Assembly: GCA_037925075.1 (NCBI GenBank)
Contig: JAXSNR010000001.1
Span: forward strand, 768,001-832,000
Direction: 5' to 3'
Length of the DNA: 64,000 nt
From: Aquificaceae bacterium
GTDB lineage: Bacteria > Aquificota > Aquificia > Aquificales > Aquificaceae
In this document: in pieces, positions 39,616-52,971 of the stretch
Numbering within the stretch: the first letter of the stretch is position 1
Layout: every line of letters begins with the position of its first letter
The notes under the pieces: model-generated
Databases searched by the model: none
The model's input: only the letters and a program-made list of their open reading frames with translations
What the model was told of the DNA's origin: nothing
Position numbers and translations under genes: made by a program

Positions 39616-40203
39616 TTAATCAGAAGTGAGGTCCTTTATAAGCTCCTGCTTTACCGCCTCCGGAATAAGGGTCATAGCCTTGTAGTTGGGATGGTTTATC
39701 TCAACCCTCACATCTTCTCTTTTGAAATCCTCCACCTGCTCCTCTGTAAGCCTTGCTTTCAGAAAATGTACCACCGCTGCCTTTCCATACTCATAATCTT
39801 CTTTGCTTCTCTCATCAGCCACAGCCCTTATGGTGTGCTTATTTCCTATGTGGAAATAAAGATGGTCATGCAAGCCCACAAGCTGTGGAAGAAGCCTTTT
39901 TCTTTCGCTCGCCTCTGGTATTTCTATAAACATGGTGACCGAAAGCTCATTTTTGTCGGGTATAAGCTCGTTGTACACATCTATTTCTTGCTGGATCTCT
40001 TCCTCTTTTACCATTCTCTCAGCCCTGATCATTTCCTGAATTTGAAACCAGACCGTTTCCCTGTTTTCAAAGACAAGGTGAACCCATGGCTCTATAAACA
40101 CCCTTCTGTTTTTCTTTAGCTGTATTATCTCCTGCACCTTTTGGGGGCGAACCTTTTCGTACTCGTATATGTTGAGTATCTCTTCTCTGGATATCTTCTT
40201 CAT
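39616..40203 (-). CDS. DUF3501 family protein
   Basis: FENRETVWFQIQEMIRAE, YNELIP, TMFIEI, AVVHFLK. Confidence 0.8.
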   Translation of the reverse strand: MKKISREEILNIYEYEKVRPQKVQEIIQLKKNRRVFIEPWVHLVFENRETVWFQIQEMIRAERMVKEEEIQQEIDVYNELIPDKNELSVTMFIEIPEASERKRLLPQLVGLHDHLYFHIGNKHTIRAVADERSKEDYEYGKAAVVHFLKARLTEEQVEDFKREDVRVEINHPNYKAMTLIPEAVKQELIKDLTSD

Positions 40204-40230
40204 GGCGTACCTCCTTAACTTTTATAACTT

Positions 40231-40259
40231 ATTATATGCAAATTATTCTCAGTTGTCAA
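40231..40259 (-). promoter_or_regulatory. Consensus sigma70 promoter of DUF3501 gene with Fur/PerR-like box in spacer
   Basis: TTGACA (40259-54), 17 nt, TATAAT (40236-31); spacer TGAGAAT-A-ATTTGCA (40251-37). Confidence 0.75.
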
Positions 40260-41305
40260 GGGTTAAGGAGGATATCTTGTAGGGCTTGGAGGAAGGCGTC
40301 GTTTTCCTCTGGCTTCCCTATGCTCACCCTAAGACAGTCGGCAACCATGTAAGAAAAGTTTCTCACAAGCACGCCCCTTTGCAGAAGTCTTTTGTGAAGC
40401 TCATCTCCCGAAAGATATAGGCTCTTGAAGAATATGAAGTTCGCCCCCGATGGGTAGGTCCTAATGCCCTCCAGCTTTAACATCTCTTTGTAAACCCTTT
40501 CTCTTTCAGAAATTACCTTTTTCACAGCTTCTTCAATGAGATGGTAAAAATCCCTCAGCATAAGGGTTGCTATAACCTGAGAAGGGTAGGTTATGTTAAA
40601 GGGAAGCCTTAGCTTATTGATTTCTTTGACCACCTCTTCCCTACCTATTAATATACCAACCCTAAGCCCAGCCATTCCTATCTTTGAAAGGGTCCTGAGC
40701 ACCACTGTATCGCTTCTTTCTAAAGCTTCTTTAAGAAAGGTCTTTCCAGAGTAGTGATAATATGCCTCATCAATCACTACAAACAATCCTTCATCTCTTA
40801 TAGCCCTGATTTTGTTTTCGCTAAAGTGGTTTCCTGTGGGGTTGTTGGGGTAGGCAAAGTAGGCAAGGGCTGGTTCTTTTTCCCTTATCAGTTCAAGGCT
40901 TTTCTCAAGGTCTATGTCAAAGTCCTCATTTAGTTTTATTTCCAGTTTTTCCCTCCCAAGAACCTGTGCAGATATACCGTACATGGAAAAGGTGGGTACG
41001 GGATATAAAACACCACTGTGGAATTCACCTACAGCAATGGAAAGGTAGTATATAAGCTCATCGGAGCCGTTTCCCAAAACTAAGTTTTCTGGGCTTACGC
41101 CAAAGCGAAGGGCTATGCTTTCCTTTAGCTCCCTTGCCTCTGGGTCTGGGTATCTGTGGAAGGGTATTCGGGAGATCTCCTCACCTATGCGTTTTTTTAC
41201 TTCCTCCGGAAGCTCAAGAGAAAGCTCGTTGGAGGAAAGCCTAACCCTTGCCCCCGTGGTTTCTGTCTTGTAAGGGGCAAAGTCCCTTACCCTCTTACTT
41301 ATCAT
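40256..41305 (-). CDS. hisC: Histidinol-phosphate aminotransferase
   Basis: LSSNE, RYPD, GNGSDE, PNNPTG, DEAY, RTLSKIGMAGLRVG. Confidence 0.94.
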   Translation of the reverse strand: MISKRVRDFAPYKTETTGARVRLSSNELSLELPEEVKKRIGEEISRIPFHRYPDPEARELKESIALRFGVSPENLVLGNGSDELIYYLSIAVGEFHSGVLYPVPTFSMYGISAQVLGREKLEIKLNEDFDIDLEKSLELIREKEPALAYFAYPNNPTGNHFSENKIRAIRDEGLFVVIDEAYYHYSGKTFLKEALERSDTVVLRTLSKIGMAGLRVGILIGREEVVKEINKLRLPFNITYPSQVIATLMLRDFYHLIEEAVKKVISERERVYKEMLKLEGIRTYPSGANFIFFKSLYLSGDELHKRLLQRGVLVRNFSYMVADCLRVSIGKPEENDAFLQALQDILLNP

Positions 41306-41541
41306 TGTTGCTCTTGGGTCTGTTCTTCCTCCTCTTCCTCTTCGGCCCTTCCAAGATAAAGTTCAAGTTCCGCAACTGTTGATTCCATAAGTTTGTCCTC
41401 AAGGATGCCCTTTATGAGCCTGTTTAATCTCCTCTCATCTCCCATAGCTATCCCATTAAGCACATAATAAAGCCTTTTGGGAAGAGAAAGAACAACCCTT
41501 TTATACCTTGCACCGCCTTTTCTTCTGGGTTTTCTTGCCAT
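41302..41541 (-). CDS. Small ribbon-helix-helix-like protein
   Basis: RVVLSLPKRLYYVL...LNRLIKGILE RHH pattern; basic N-terminus, acidic C-terminus; SD AGGAGG. Confidence 0.6.
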   Translation of the reverse strand: MARKPRRKGGARYKRVVLSLPKRLYYVLNGIAMGDERRLNRLIKGILEDKLMESTVAELELYLGRAEEEEEEEQTQEQQ

Positions 41542-41583
41542 CTTACTCCTCCTTTTGAGATTTTTACCATTTAAAATTATAGC

Positions 41584-42384
41584 ATGATAGTCCTAGTTTT
41601 GTTTTTGATTACTTTGATTTTAATCACAGAAGCCAAAGAAAGCACGGAAGAATCTCTTACTAAATACCAAGTTATATTCCTTCCAGAGGAACACACAAAA
41701 AAAGAAGACCATGACTTTCAACTTGACATCATAAAACTTTTGAGCTCAAAAAACTACAAGTTAATAATAGCCATGGAGATGTTTCAGCAACCTTTTCAGG
41801 ATGCCCTTGATCAGTACATACAGTGCCAGATAGACGAAGAAGAGATGCTCAGAAGAACAGACTACAGAAGGCGGTGGGGCTTTGACCCAAGCCTTTACAG
41901 AGATGTATGGAGGTTTGCAAAGGAAAGGGGCATAAGAATAATGGCCATAAACATCTCCTCGGAACTGCTACAAAGGATAAGAAGAGAAGGTCTGGACAAG
42001 ATAAAGGATGAAAGCCTACCCTTTCCCATAATAAAACAGAACGAAAGAGAAATAAAAGACCTAAAAGAAGTTATCAAGACACATCCCAAGGTGGAGGAAA
42101 ATAGGTTTTTTGAGGTGCAAAACGCTTGGGACAACGGCATGGCTTTGGCAATAGCAAGGCTTTTGGAGAGTTACCCAGACTATAAGATAGTGGTGCTTGT
42201 AGGTAGGGGGCATGCCCAAGATGATGAAAGCGGAATACCCAGAAGGCTCCGCATACTTAAACCAGATAACACCATGAAGATTCTCATAAGGGAAGAATTT
42301 CAAAGGTCTCTTCTGTTTTCTACGGACTTCTCCAGTGAAAGCTCGTCCGCAAGCTCTATAAGAGAGCCAAACTGCAAACCGTGA
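41584..42384 (+). CDS. ChaN/PhuW-like (heme/iron-uptake-associated) exported protein
   Basis: EEH...H..QL, AMEMFQQPFQ, WGFD, QNAWDNGMA, LVGRGH. Confidence 0.8.
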   Translation: MIVLVLFLITLILITEAKESTEESLTKYQVIFLPEEHTKKEDHDFQLDIIKLLSSKNYKLIIAMEMFQQPFQDALDQYIQCQIDEEEMLRRTDYRRRWGFDPSLYRDVWRFAKERGIRIMAINISSELLQRIRREGLDKIKDESLPFPIIKQNEREIKDLKEVIKTHPKVEENRFFEVQNAWDNGMALAIARLLESYPDYKIVVLVGRGHAQDDESGIPRRLRILKPDNTMKILIREEFQRSLLFSTDFSSESSSASSIREPNCKP

Positions 42385-42914
42385 GATATTCGGGTTATCT
42401 TGAGGGTGGGGAACTGCTTTTTTATTATCCTTGCAAGATAGTTTGCGGTTGCTTCACCCTCCAAGTTTGGGTTTGTGGCCACTATAACCTCCTTTGGTTT
42501 GTACCTTTCTATTCGCTCCATAAGGCTGTCTATGTTAAGGTCCTTGGGTGATACGCCCTCAAGGGGTGCTATCCTTCCACCCAAAACATGGTAAACGCCA
42601 GAGTACCTTTCTAACCTCTCTATGGCAAAGGCGTCCTGAGACTCTTCTACCACGCATATGAACTTTTTGCTTCTCTTTGGGTCTGAACATACTTTGCATA
42701 TCTCTTGGTCTGTGTAAAGGCCACACTCCTTGCAAGTTTTTATCCTTTCCGCAACCAAGCTGATGGCTTGAGCCACCTCAAGCCTTTTTTCTAAGGGTAA
42801 TCTAAGAAAGTTGTACAGAAACCTCCCAGCGGACCTCTCACCATAGGTGGGTATTTGTGTTAGCTTCTCAAGAGCCGACTTTATGGGTTCTGGTAGGCTA
42901 TCTTCGTAAGACAT
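42300..42914 (-). CDS. recR: Recombination protein RecR
   Basis: CKECG...CKVC zinc finger, YHVLGG, ATNPNLEGEATA. Confidence 0.96.
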   Translation of the reverse strand: MSYEDSLPEPIKSALEKLTQIPTYGERSAGRFLYNFLRLPLEKRLEVAQAISLVAERIKTCKECGLYTDQEICKVCSDPKRSKKFICVVEESQDAFAIERLERYSGVYHVLGGRIAPLEGVSPKDLNIDSLMERIERYKPKEVIVATNPNLEGEATANYLARIIKKQFPTLKITRISHGLQFGSLIELADELSLEKSVENRRDL

Positions 42915-42937
42915 GGAAAAATTTTATAATTAAAACC

Positions 42938-43867
42938 ATGCACCAGCTTGTGGTAGTGGGCGGAGGCCCTGCGGGCATATCTGCCAGTATATACGCTCAG
43001 AGGAAAAGGATGGACTTTGTCCTCATAACCAAGGATGTGGGTGGTCAGATAATAAAGGCGGGCGAGATAGAAAACTATCTGGGTTATGCCATGGTGGATG
43101 GGGTTGTGTTTGTGCAGAGGATGATGGAGCAGATGGAAAGGCTTGGGGTCAAACCCATCTTGGATGAAGTGGTCAAGGTGGAAAGACTTGAAGAAGGCTT
43201 TCTTTTAAAAACCCTATCTGGAAAGGAGTACAGGTCAAAGACAGTTCTCTTTTGCACTGGTGCGGAGCATAGAAGACTGGAGGTTCCCGGAGAGAGAGAA
43301 TACACAGGAAGGGGAGTATCTTACTGTTATACATGCGATGCACCCTTTTTTAGAGATGTGGATGTGCTTGTAGTAGGTGGTGGAAACTCTGGCTTTGAGG
43401 CGGCGGACCAGCTTACCAACTACGCAAAGAGGATATACCTTATGGAGATAGGAGATCACTTTAGGGCGGACGAGGTTTTAAAGGAAAAGGTCCTGTCAAA
43501 CCCAAAAGTAATCCCTCTTCTCAAACACAGAGTTTTGGAGATAAGGGGGGACGAAAGGGGAGTAAGGGGTGTTTTGGTGGAAGACATGGGAGGTTCAAGG
43601 GTATATGAAATTGATGTGGAGGGGGTTTTTGTGGAGGTGGGGCTAAAGCCCAACTCTGAACTGGCAAAGTCCTTGGGCGTTCTTACCACCCAAAGGGACG
43701 AGATAATAATAGACTGCAACAACAGAACATCGGAACGTGATGTATATGCGGCTGGAGATTGTACCAACGTGTTTGCAAAGCAGATAATAACCGCGGCGGG
43801 TGATGGTGCCAAGGCACTCCTTTCCATATATCATGACCTTACTTATGGTGTTCATTCATGGATATAG
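42938..43867 (+). CDS. Thioredoxin reductase/AhpF C-terminal-like FAD oxidoreductase
   Basis: GGGPAG, GGQ, IENY, GVSYCYTCDAP, GGGNSG, AAGDCT; ATG 42938. Confidence 0.9.
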   Translation: MHQLVVVGGGPAGISASIYAQRKRMDFVLITKDVGGQIIKAGEIENYLGYAMVDGVVFVQRMMEQMERLGVKPILDEVVKVERLEEGFLLKTLSGKEYRSKTVLFCTGAEHRRLEVPGEREYTGRGVSYCYTCDAPFFRDVDVLVVGGGNSGFEAADQLTNYAKRIYLMEIGDHFRADEVLKEKVLSNPKVIPLLKHRVLEIRGDERGVRGVLVEDMGGSRVYEIDVEGVFVEVGLKPNSELAKSLGVLTTQRDEIIIDCNNRTSERDVYAAGDCTNVFAKQIITAAGDGAKALLSIYHDLTYGVHSWI

Positions 43868-44499
43868 CAAAGTTCATAGACCACTCTATACTAAAGCCTA
43901 ACCATACCCTTAAGGACCTTGAAGAGCAGGTTGGTAGATGTATGGAGCTTGGTGTTTACGGGGTATGTGTAAATCCTTTTTGGGTTAAAAGGGTGGTAGA
44001 AGTATCGGGCGGTAAGCTGACAGTTTGTAGTGTGGTTTCTTTTCCCTTTGGCCTTGATACGAAGGAACAGAAGGTTATGCAAGCGGTTAGGGCTTTGGAA
44101 GAGGGAGCCAGTGAGCTGGATATGGTTATGAACATATCCGCTTTCAAAAGCGGGCTGTATGGTTATGTAGAGGAGGAGTTAGAGGCTATAGCAAGGCATA
44201 CAGAGGGAGCCATAAGGAAGGTTATAATTGAAACCGCGTATCTAAGTGAAGAAGAAAAGAGGCTTGCGGTGGAGCTTGTGGCAGGCTCGGGCATGGAGTT
44301 TGTAAAAACTTCTACAGGATACGCACCTACGGGTGCGGTAGAGGAGGATGTAAGGCTTCTTTTGAACCTTTCAAAGGGAAGGCTTAAAGTTAAGGCGTCA
44401 GGTGGTATAAGGACAAAAGCTCAGGTTATAAGATTTTTGGAGCTTGGTGTGGAAAGAATAGGAACCAGTAGTACCTTTGATATTCTTAGAGAAGGGTAA
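43858..44499 (+). CDS. deoC: Deoxyribose-phosphate aldolase
   Basis: IDHSILKP, ELDMV, KVIIET, FVKTSTG, KASGGIRT, RIGTSS. Confidence 0.95.
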   Translation: MDIAKFIDHSILKPNHTLKDLEEQVGRCMELGVYGVCVNPFWVKRVVEVSGGKLTVCSVVSFPFGLDTKEQKVMQAVRALEEGASELDMVMNISAFKSGLYGYVEEELEAIARHTEGAIRKVIIETAYLSEEEKRLAVELVAGSGMEFVKTSTGYAPTGAVEEDVRLLLNLSKGRLKVKASGGIRTKAQVIRFLELGVERIGTSSTFDILREG

Positions 44500-44502
44500 A
44501 AT

Positions 44503-45045
44503 ATGGAAGATGCAGAGTGCAAAGAGCTTATGGATATAATCGGTGAAATATACGCGCAGAAACCTATAGAGCTTGGTTGTGGAGAAATTGGCTGTTTCCT
44601 GTGTGCAAAGGGGGGCAAACTAAAACCCTGCGATAGACTAAAGGAGGCTGTTGTGCTTCTACCTGGAGAAAACAGGCTCTTTACCCAGCTTAACCTCAAA
44701 CCCTTTCCAGAGTTGAATGTTAACGGCTTTAACATAGGCTTCCTTGCACCTGAAGAGGATTGTCCCTTTAACATGGATGGCTGGTGTGGAATACATGGGA
44801 AGCATCCCATAGACTGTAGGAGTTTTCCCATAGTGCCCTCTGTAAACGAAAGAGGAGACCTGATAGTCTCTATATCCATAAAATGCCCAGCCATACCACC
44901 TTGGGATTTCACTAAAAGATGGGTTGAAAACTGGTACAGGATATGGAAAAAGGCTCCTTTAGAGTGGTTCAGGTTCTATTCAAGTGTTCCCACAAATCAC
45001 CTTAAACCGATAGCCATCTTTAGAGTGGAGGAAAGGAATGATTGA
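44503..45045 (+). CDS. Cys-rich protein, YkgJ (CxxCxxCC)-like putative Fe-S/Zn binding
   Basis: CGEIGCFLC...C, CPF...CGIH..HPIDCRSFP...CP. Confidence 0.65.
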   Translation: MEDAECKELMDIIGEIYAQKPIELGCGEIGCFLCAKGGKLKPCDRLKEAVVLLPGENRLFTQLNLKPFPELNVNGFNIGFLAPEEDCPFNMDGWCGIHGKHPIDCRSFPIVPSVNERGDLIVSISIKCPAIPPWDFTKRWVENWYRIWKKAPLEWFRFYSSVPTNHLKPIAIFRVEERND

Positions 45046-46351
45046 AAGATACACGAGAAAAGAGATGGGGCAGATATGGTCTGACCTCAACAAGTTCAGG
45101 CTATGGCTTAAGGTGGAAATAGCGGTATGCAGGGCATGGTCAAGGCTTGGTAAAATTCCCTCAGAGGCTTTAAAGGCTATAGAGGAAAGGACCTTTGTGA
45201 ATGAGGAAGTAGTAAGAAGGATATTAGAATACGAAAGAAAATACAAACACGACGTGCTTGCCTTTGTGTCCGCCATAGGTGAGCAAATCCCAGAGTACTC
45301 CCATTACTTTCATATGGGGCTTACCTCTTCTGACGTGGTGGATACAGCCCTTGCCTTGCAAATCAGAGAAGCTCTAAAGCTGATAATTGAGGATGTGGAA
45401 AAGGTTATCCAAAGGTTAAAATCCCTTGCCCTTGAGCACAAAAACACCCTTATGATGGGAAGGACCCATGGGGTGCATGCGGAGCCCATGACCCTTGGAC
45501 TTAAGTTCCTCAGCTGGTATGAGGAGATAAAAAGAAACAGGGAAAGGCTTTTGCAGGCTATTGATAACATATCCTATGGTAAGCTTTCTGGTGCGGTGGG
45601 TACCTACTCCAACCTTGAGCCAGAGGTAGAAAGGTTTGCCCTTGAAGAGTTGGGCCTAAAGGTAGAGCCTGTTTCTACTCAAATAGTGCCAAGAGATAGG
45701 CATGCACAGGTTATGTACGCCCTTGCTTCCACCGCCTGTGCCCTTGAGAGGTTTGCGACAGAAATAAGACATCTCCAAAGGACGGAGGTTTTGGAGCTTA
45801 TGGAGCCCTTTGGAAAGGGTCAAAGGGGCTCATCCGCCATGCCTCATAAGAAAAACCCCATACATGCGGAAAGGCTATGCGGGCTTGCCCGTATAGTAAG
45901 GGCAAACTTGCTTGTAGCCCTTGAAAACATCCCCTTGTGGCACGAAAGAGACATATCCCATTCTTCCGCGGAGCGTGTGATCCTACCAGACTCCACCATA
46001 GCCCTTGACTACATGCTAAACCTTTTCCTTGAGATGATTGAGGGACTTGTGATAAACCCAGAAAGAATGAGGAAAAACATGGAGCTTTCTCATGGCCTTT
46101 ATGCGTCTTCAAAGGTGCTTGTAAGACTTATGGAAAAGGGTGTGCCAAGAGACGAAGCTTATAACATGGTTCAAAGATGTGCCATGAGAAGTTGGGAAGA
46201 AGGCATAGCCTTTGAAAAAGCCTTGATGGAAGACAAGGAGGTAAGCTCTTATCTTAAAGAAGAGGAGCTGAAAGAAATACTCAATCCACATGCCTTTTTG
46301 AAAAACATAGAACACATATACAAAAGGATTTATAAGGAGGAAATCCTATGA
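45038..46351 (+). CDS. purB: Adenylosuccinate lyase
   Basis: [39 protein letters not shown]. Confidence 0.97.
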   Translation: MIERYTRKEMGQIWSDLNKFRLWLKVEIAVCRAWSRLGKIPSEALKAIEERTFVNEEVVRRILEYERKYKHDVLAFVSAIGEQIPEYSHYFHMGLTSSDVVDTALALQIREALKLIIEDVEKVIQRLKSLALEHKNTLMMGRTHGVHAEPMTLGLKFLSWYEEIKRNRERLLQAIDNISYGKLSGAVGTYSNLEPEVERFALEELGLKVEPVSTQIVPRDRHAQVMYALASTACALERFATEIRHLQRTEVLELMEPFGKGQRGSSAMPHKKNPIHAERLCGLARIVRANLLVALENIPLWHERDISHSSAERVILPDSTIALDYMLNLFLEMIEGLVINPERMRKNMELSHGLYASSKVLVRLMEKGVPRDEAYNMVQRCAMRSWEEGIAFEKALMEDKEVSSYLKEEELKEILNPHAFLKNIEHIYKRIYKEEIL

Positions 46352-47556
46352 TAAAGCATAAGCTTTACACACCGCCAGATGAAAAGGGGTACTTTGGAGA
46401 GTTTGGAGGAAGGTTTGTACCCGAGACTCTCATGTACGCCCTTGAGGAGCTCACAGATGCCTACCTTAAGGTAAAAGAAGACCCCTACTTTTGGGAGGAG
46501 CTAAACTACTACCTTAAAAACTTTGCGGGAAGACCTACACCCCTTTACTTTGCGGAAAGACTCACCCAGTATGCGGGTGGTGCAAAGATATACATAAAGA
46601 GGGAGGACCTTTTACATACGGGAGCCCACAAGATAAACAACACCCTTGGTCAGGCTCTTCTTGCGAAAAGGATGGGAAAGAAAAGGATAATAGCGGAGAC
46701 GGGAGCGGGCCAGCATGGAGTGGCAACCGCCACAGCCTGTGCCCTTCTTGGGCTTGAATGCGTGGTTTATATGGGAGAAGAGGATGCGGAACGTCAAAAA
46801 CTCAATGTTTTCAGGATGAAGCTTTTGGGTGCGGAAGTGCGTGTGGTAAAAAGTGGCTCAAAAACCCTTAAGGACGCCATAAACGAAGCCCTAAGGGACT
46901 GGGTCACCAACGTGGAAAACACCCACTACATCATAGGCTCCGTGGTAGGACCCCATCCCTTTCCTATGATGGTAAGGGACTTTCAAAAGGTCATAGGTGA
47001 AGAGGCAAAGGAACAGATTCTTGAAAGGGAAGGAAGGCTTCCCCATGTGGTTGTCGCCTGCGTTGGTGGAGGCTCAAACGCCATGGGTATTTTTTATCCC
47101 TTTGTGGAGCATAGGGAAGTAAGGCTTATAGGGGTTGAAGCGGGTGGTCTTGGATTGCACACGGGCAAGCATGCAAGCTCCATAAACGGTGGCTCTGTGG
47201 GAGTTTTACATGGCATGAAGTCCTACTTTTTGCAAGACGAAGAGGGACAGATCCAGCCCACCCATTCCATCTCCGCAGGGCTTGACTATCCCGGTGTGGG
47301 ACCAGAACATGCATACCTCTTCAAAAGCGGAAGAGCCAAGTACATCTACGCGACCGATGAGGAAGCCCTTGAAGGTTTTAAGTTACTTTCAAGGCTTGAA
47401 GGCATAATACCAGCCCTTGAGCCAGCCCATGCGGTTTTGAAGGTGGTAGACTTAGCCAAAGAGCTTGGGAGGGATGGTATAGTGCTTTTCAACCTCTCGG
47501 GAAGAGGTGATAAGGATATGATGCATGTGATGGGATATATTAAAGGTATGCTATAA
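46348..47556 (+). CDS. trpB: Tryptophan synthase beta chain
   Basis: [49 protein letters not shown]. Confidence 0.97.
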   Translation: MIKHKLYTPPDEKGYFGEFGGRFVPETLMYALEELTDAYLKVKEDPYFWEELNYYLKNFAGRPTPLYFAERLTQYAGGAKIYIKREDLLHTGAHKINNTLGQALLAKRMGKKRIIAETGAGQHGVATATACALLGLECVVYMGEEDAERQKLNVFRMKLLGAEVRVVKSGSKTLKDAINEALRDWVTNVENTHYIIGSVVGPHPFPMMVRDFQKVIGEEAKEQILEREGRLPHVVVACVGGGSNAMGIFYPFVEHREVRLIGVEAGGLGLHTGKHASSINGGSVGVLHGMKSYFLQDEEGQIQPTHSISAGLDYPGVGPEHAYLFKSGRAKYIYATDEEALEGFKLLSRLEGIIPALEPAHAVLKVVDLAKELGRDGIVLFNLSGRGDKDMMHVMGYIKGML

Positions 47557-47563
47557 TATCTTC

Positions 47564-50621
<3,058 letters not shown>

Positions 50622-50630
50622 ATTCTCTAC

Positions 50631-50659
50631 TTGACAACTTAATTTTGGGATTGTATATT
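50631..50659 (+). promoter_or_regulatory. Sigma70 promoter of feoAB
   Basis: TTGACA (50631-36), 17 nt, TATATT (50654-59); SD GGAGG before feoA. Confidence 0.75.
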
Positions 50660-50689
50660 AATTTCTAAATCTTTTTCTGGAGGTAAGCT

Positions 50690-50902
50690 ATGAACCTTGA
50701 AGAGGTGAAGCCCGGGCAAGAGGTGACAATCCTTGGTTTGAGCGGAAAAGAGGAGGTGCTGGAGAAGGTAAAAGCTATGGGTCTCAGAAGGGGTAGGAGG
50801 GTGTCCCTTTTGCAGAGGGTGGGAAGAAACCTTCTTTTAAAGGTGGACAATTCAAGGATAGTCATAAGCAGGGATCTGGCAAAAGGTATAGAGGTTCAAT
50901 GA
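50690..50902 (+). CDS. feoA: Ferrous iron transport protein A
   Basis: 70-aa SH3-like, AMGLRRG..V, upstream of feoB. Confidence 0.9.
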   Translation: MNLEEVKPGQEVTILGLSGKEEVLEKVKAMGLRRGRRVSLLQRVGRNLLLKVDNSRIVISRDLAKGIEVQ

Positions 50903-52971
50903 AAAGCATCAAGGTGGCACTTGCGGGCAATCCCAATGTAGGGAAGACGAGCCTTCTTAACCATATTGCGGGCACAAGCCTTAAAGTAGGCAACTGGCCT
51001 GGAGTGACGGTGGAAAAGAGGGAAGGAAAGGTAAAGTTTTGGGACTATGAGATAAACCTTGTGGACCTTCCCGGTATATACACCCTCGAGCCTATTTCAG
51101 AAGATGAGTGGATCGCTTACAACTACATAAGACAGGAAAAACCGGATTTGATACTCAATATCATAGAAACACCCAACATGGAAAGGGACCTACTTTTGAC
51201 GGTGGAGCTTCTTGAGCATGAGGTCCCTCTGATCATTGTTCTCAACATGATAGATGAAGCCCAAAAGTTAGGGATAGAGGTCAATGACCGTTGGCTTTCC
51301 GAACTGCTTGGTGTGAGAGTTTTAAAGACCAATGGAAGGACCGGCGAAGGTGTAAAGGCTTTGCTTCCTAACATAGTGGAGGTTTTTAATTCAAAGGAAA
51401 AGCCCAAAAGCCTTAGATACAGTAAAGAATTAGAAGAGCTTCTTGAGAAGGTTAGGGAAAAGGGTGATGAGACAAAGGCGGAGCTCATAAGAAAGCTACT
51501 TTACAGAGAAGACCTTAAGGAACTCAGAGAAAACCTAAAAAGGGTCTTTGGGAAGGAGGTTCATGAATTGATTAAGGATGAAAGGTACGCAAAGGCTCAC
51601 GGGCTTTACAAAGAAGTAGTTTCAAAAAAGCCACTAACCGCAAGGGACATAACGGACTCCCTCGATAAGGTTCTTCTTCATCCCACCTTTGGCATACCCA
51701 TCTTTTTCCTTCTTATGTTCCTGCTTTTTAAGCTTTCCTTTGACTTTTCTAAACCCTTTATGGACTGGGTGGACGGCTTTATAAACGATTTTGTGGCTCC
51801 GTTGGTTTCTCTGCTTATTTCTTCCCTTGGGGCGGGTGATTGGGTTCAAAGACTCTTTTCAGAGGCTGTGGTAGGTGGTGTGGGCTTTGTGCTTACCTTT
51901 GTCCCTCTCATTGCGGTCATATACTTTTTGCTGGCTCTTATGGAATTTTCGGGCTACCTTCCTAGGGTTGCCTTTCTTATGGACAGGCTCATGCACAGGC
52001 TTGGGCTTCATGGCAAGAGCTTGGTTCCCCTTCTCCTTGGTTTTGGATGTAATGTACCAGCCATAGTTGCCACAAGGGCCTTGGAAACAAAAAGGGACAA
52101 ACTGCTTGTGATAGCCATGATCCCCTTTATGAGCTGTCCCGCGAGGCTTGTGGTCTTTTCCTTCTTTGCGGTTCTCTTTTTCAAAAACCCGGCAATTATT
52201 ATATTTTTTCTCTACCTTCTGGGTATCCTAATTGCCTTTCTGACCGCATTTTCTCTAAGGAAAACCATCTTTAGAGGAAATATTTACCACTTTGTTATGG
52301 AGCTACCGCCATACAGACTTCCCACCTTGAGGCTTCTTTTTAAGGTGGTTTGGGTTTATGTGCGTGATTTCCTATACAGGGCAGGGACCCTTATATTTGC
52401 CGCATCGGTTTTTATATGGCTTTTGCTAAACATTCCACCGGGAGTTAAAAACCCTTCCGAAAGCATTGCTGGATATGTGGGAAAAGCCATAGCACCCCTT
52501 TTTAAGCCCTTGGGTTTAGAAGATTGGAGGATTGCCACATCCCTGATACCAGCCTTCCTTGCCAGAGAGATAGTGCTAAGCTCCATGGGTACCATATACT
52601 CCGCGGAGGTTGATAAGGAAGAAAAGGAATTTTCCTTTTCGGAGGCTTTAAGGGAACAGGTTTATGGGCTTGGGAAGGCTCTAAAGGATGCGGTCCTTAA
52701 CACCTTCAAACCCGTGCCAAGTGCCTTTGAAGTAGAAGAGGAAGGGACAGACAGCTTGAGGGCTTTGGTATCACAAAGTCTATCTCCAGCGTCCGCTTTG
52801 GCTTTCATGGTTTTTCTTCTGTTATACACTTCCTGTCTTGGAACAGTGGCTATAATGTGGAAGGAGGTGGGAAGGCGCTTTGCTATTGTCTTTCTTGCCT
52901 ACAGCTTACTTCTCGGTTGGCTTTTGGGCACGCTTGCCTACAGAATAGGAGGTGTATTATGGAATACTTAG
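50899..52971 (+). CDS. feoB: Ferrous iron transport protein B
   Basis: GNPNVGKT, GNWPGVTVE, DLPG, LNMID, GFGCNVP, PFMSC, FVMELPPY. Confidence 0.97.
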   Translation: MKSIKVALAGNPNVGKTSLLNHIAGTSLKVGNWPGVTVEKREGKVKFWDYEINLVDLPGIYTLEPISEDEWIAYNYIRQEKPDLILNIIETPNMERDLLLTVELLEHEVPLIIVLNMIDEAQKLGIEVNDRWLSELLGVRVLKTNGRTGEGVKALLPNIVEVFNSKEKPKSLRYSKELEELLEKVREKGDETKAELIRKLLYREDLKELRENLKRVFGKEVHELIKDERYAKAHGLYKEVVSKKPLTARDITDSLDKVLLHPTFGIPIFFLLMFLLFKLSFDFSKPFMDWVDGFINDFVAPLVSLLISSLGAGDWVQRLFSEAVVGGVGFVLTFVPLIAVIYFLLALMEFSGYLPRVAFLMDRLMHRLGLHGKSLVPLLLGFGCNVPAIVATRALETKRDKLLVIAMIPFMSCPARLVVFSFFAVLFFKNPAIIIFFLYLLGILIAFLTAFSLRKTIFRGNIYHFVMELPPYRLPTLRLLFKVVWVYVRDFLYRAGTLIFAASVFIWLLLNIPPGVKNPSESIAGYVGKAIAPLFKPLGLEDWRIATSLIPAFLAREIVLSSMGTIYSAEVDKEEKEFSFSEALREQVYGLGKALKDAVLNTFKPVPSAFEVEEEGTDSLRALVSQSLSPASALAFMVFLLLYTSCLGTVAIMWKEVGRRFAIVFLAYSLLLGWLLGTLAYRIGGVLWNT

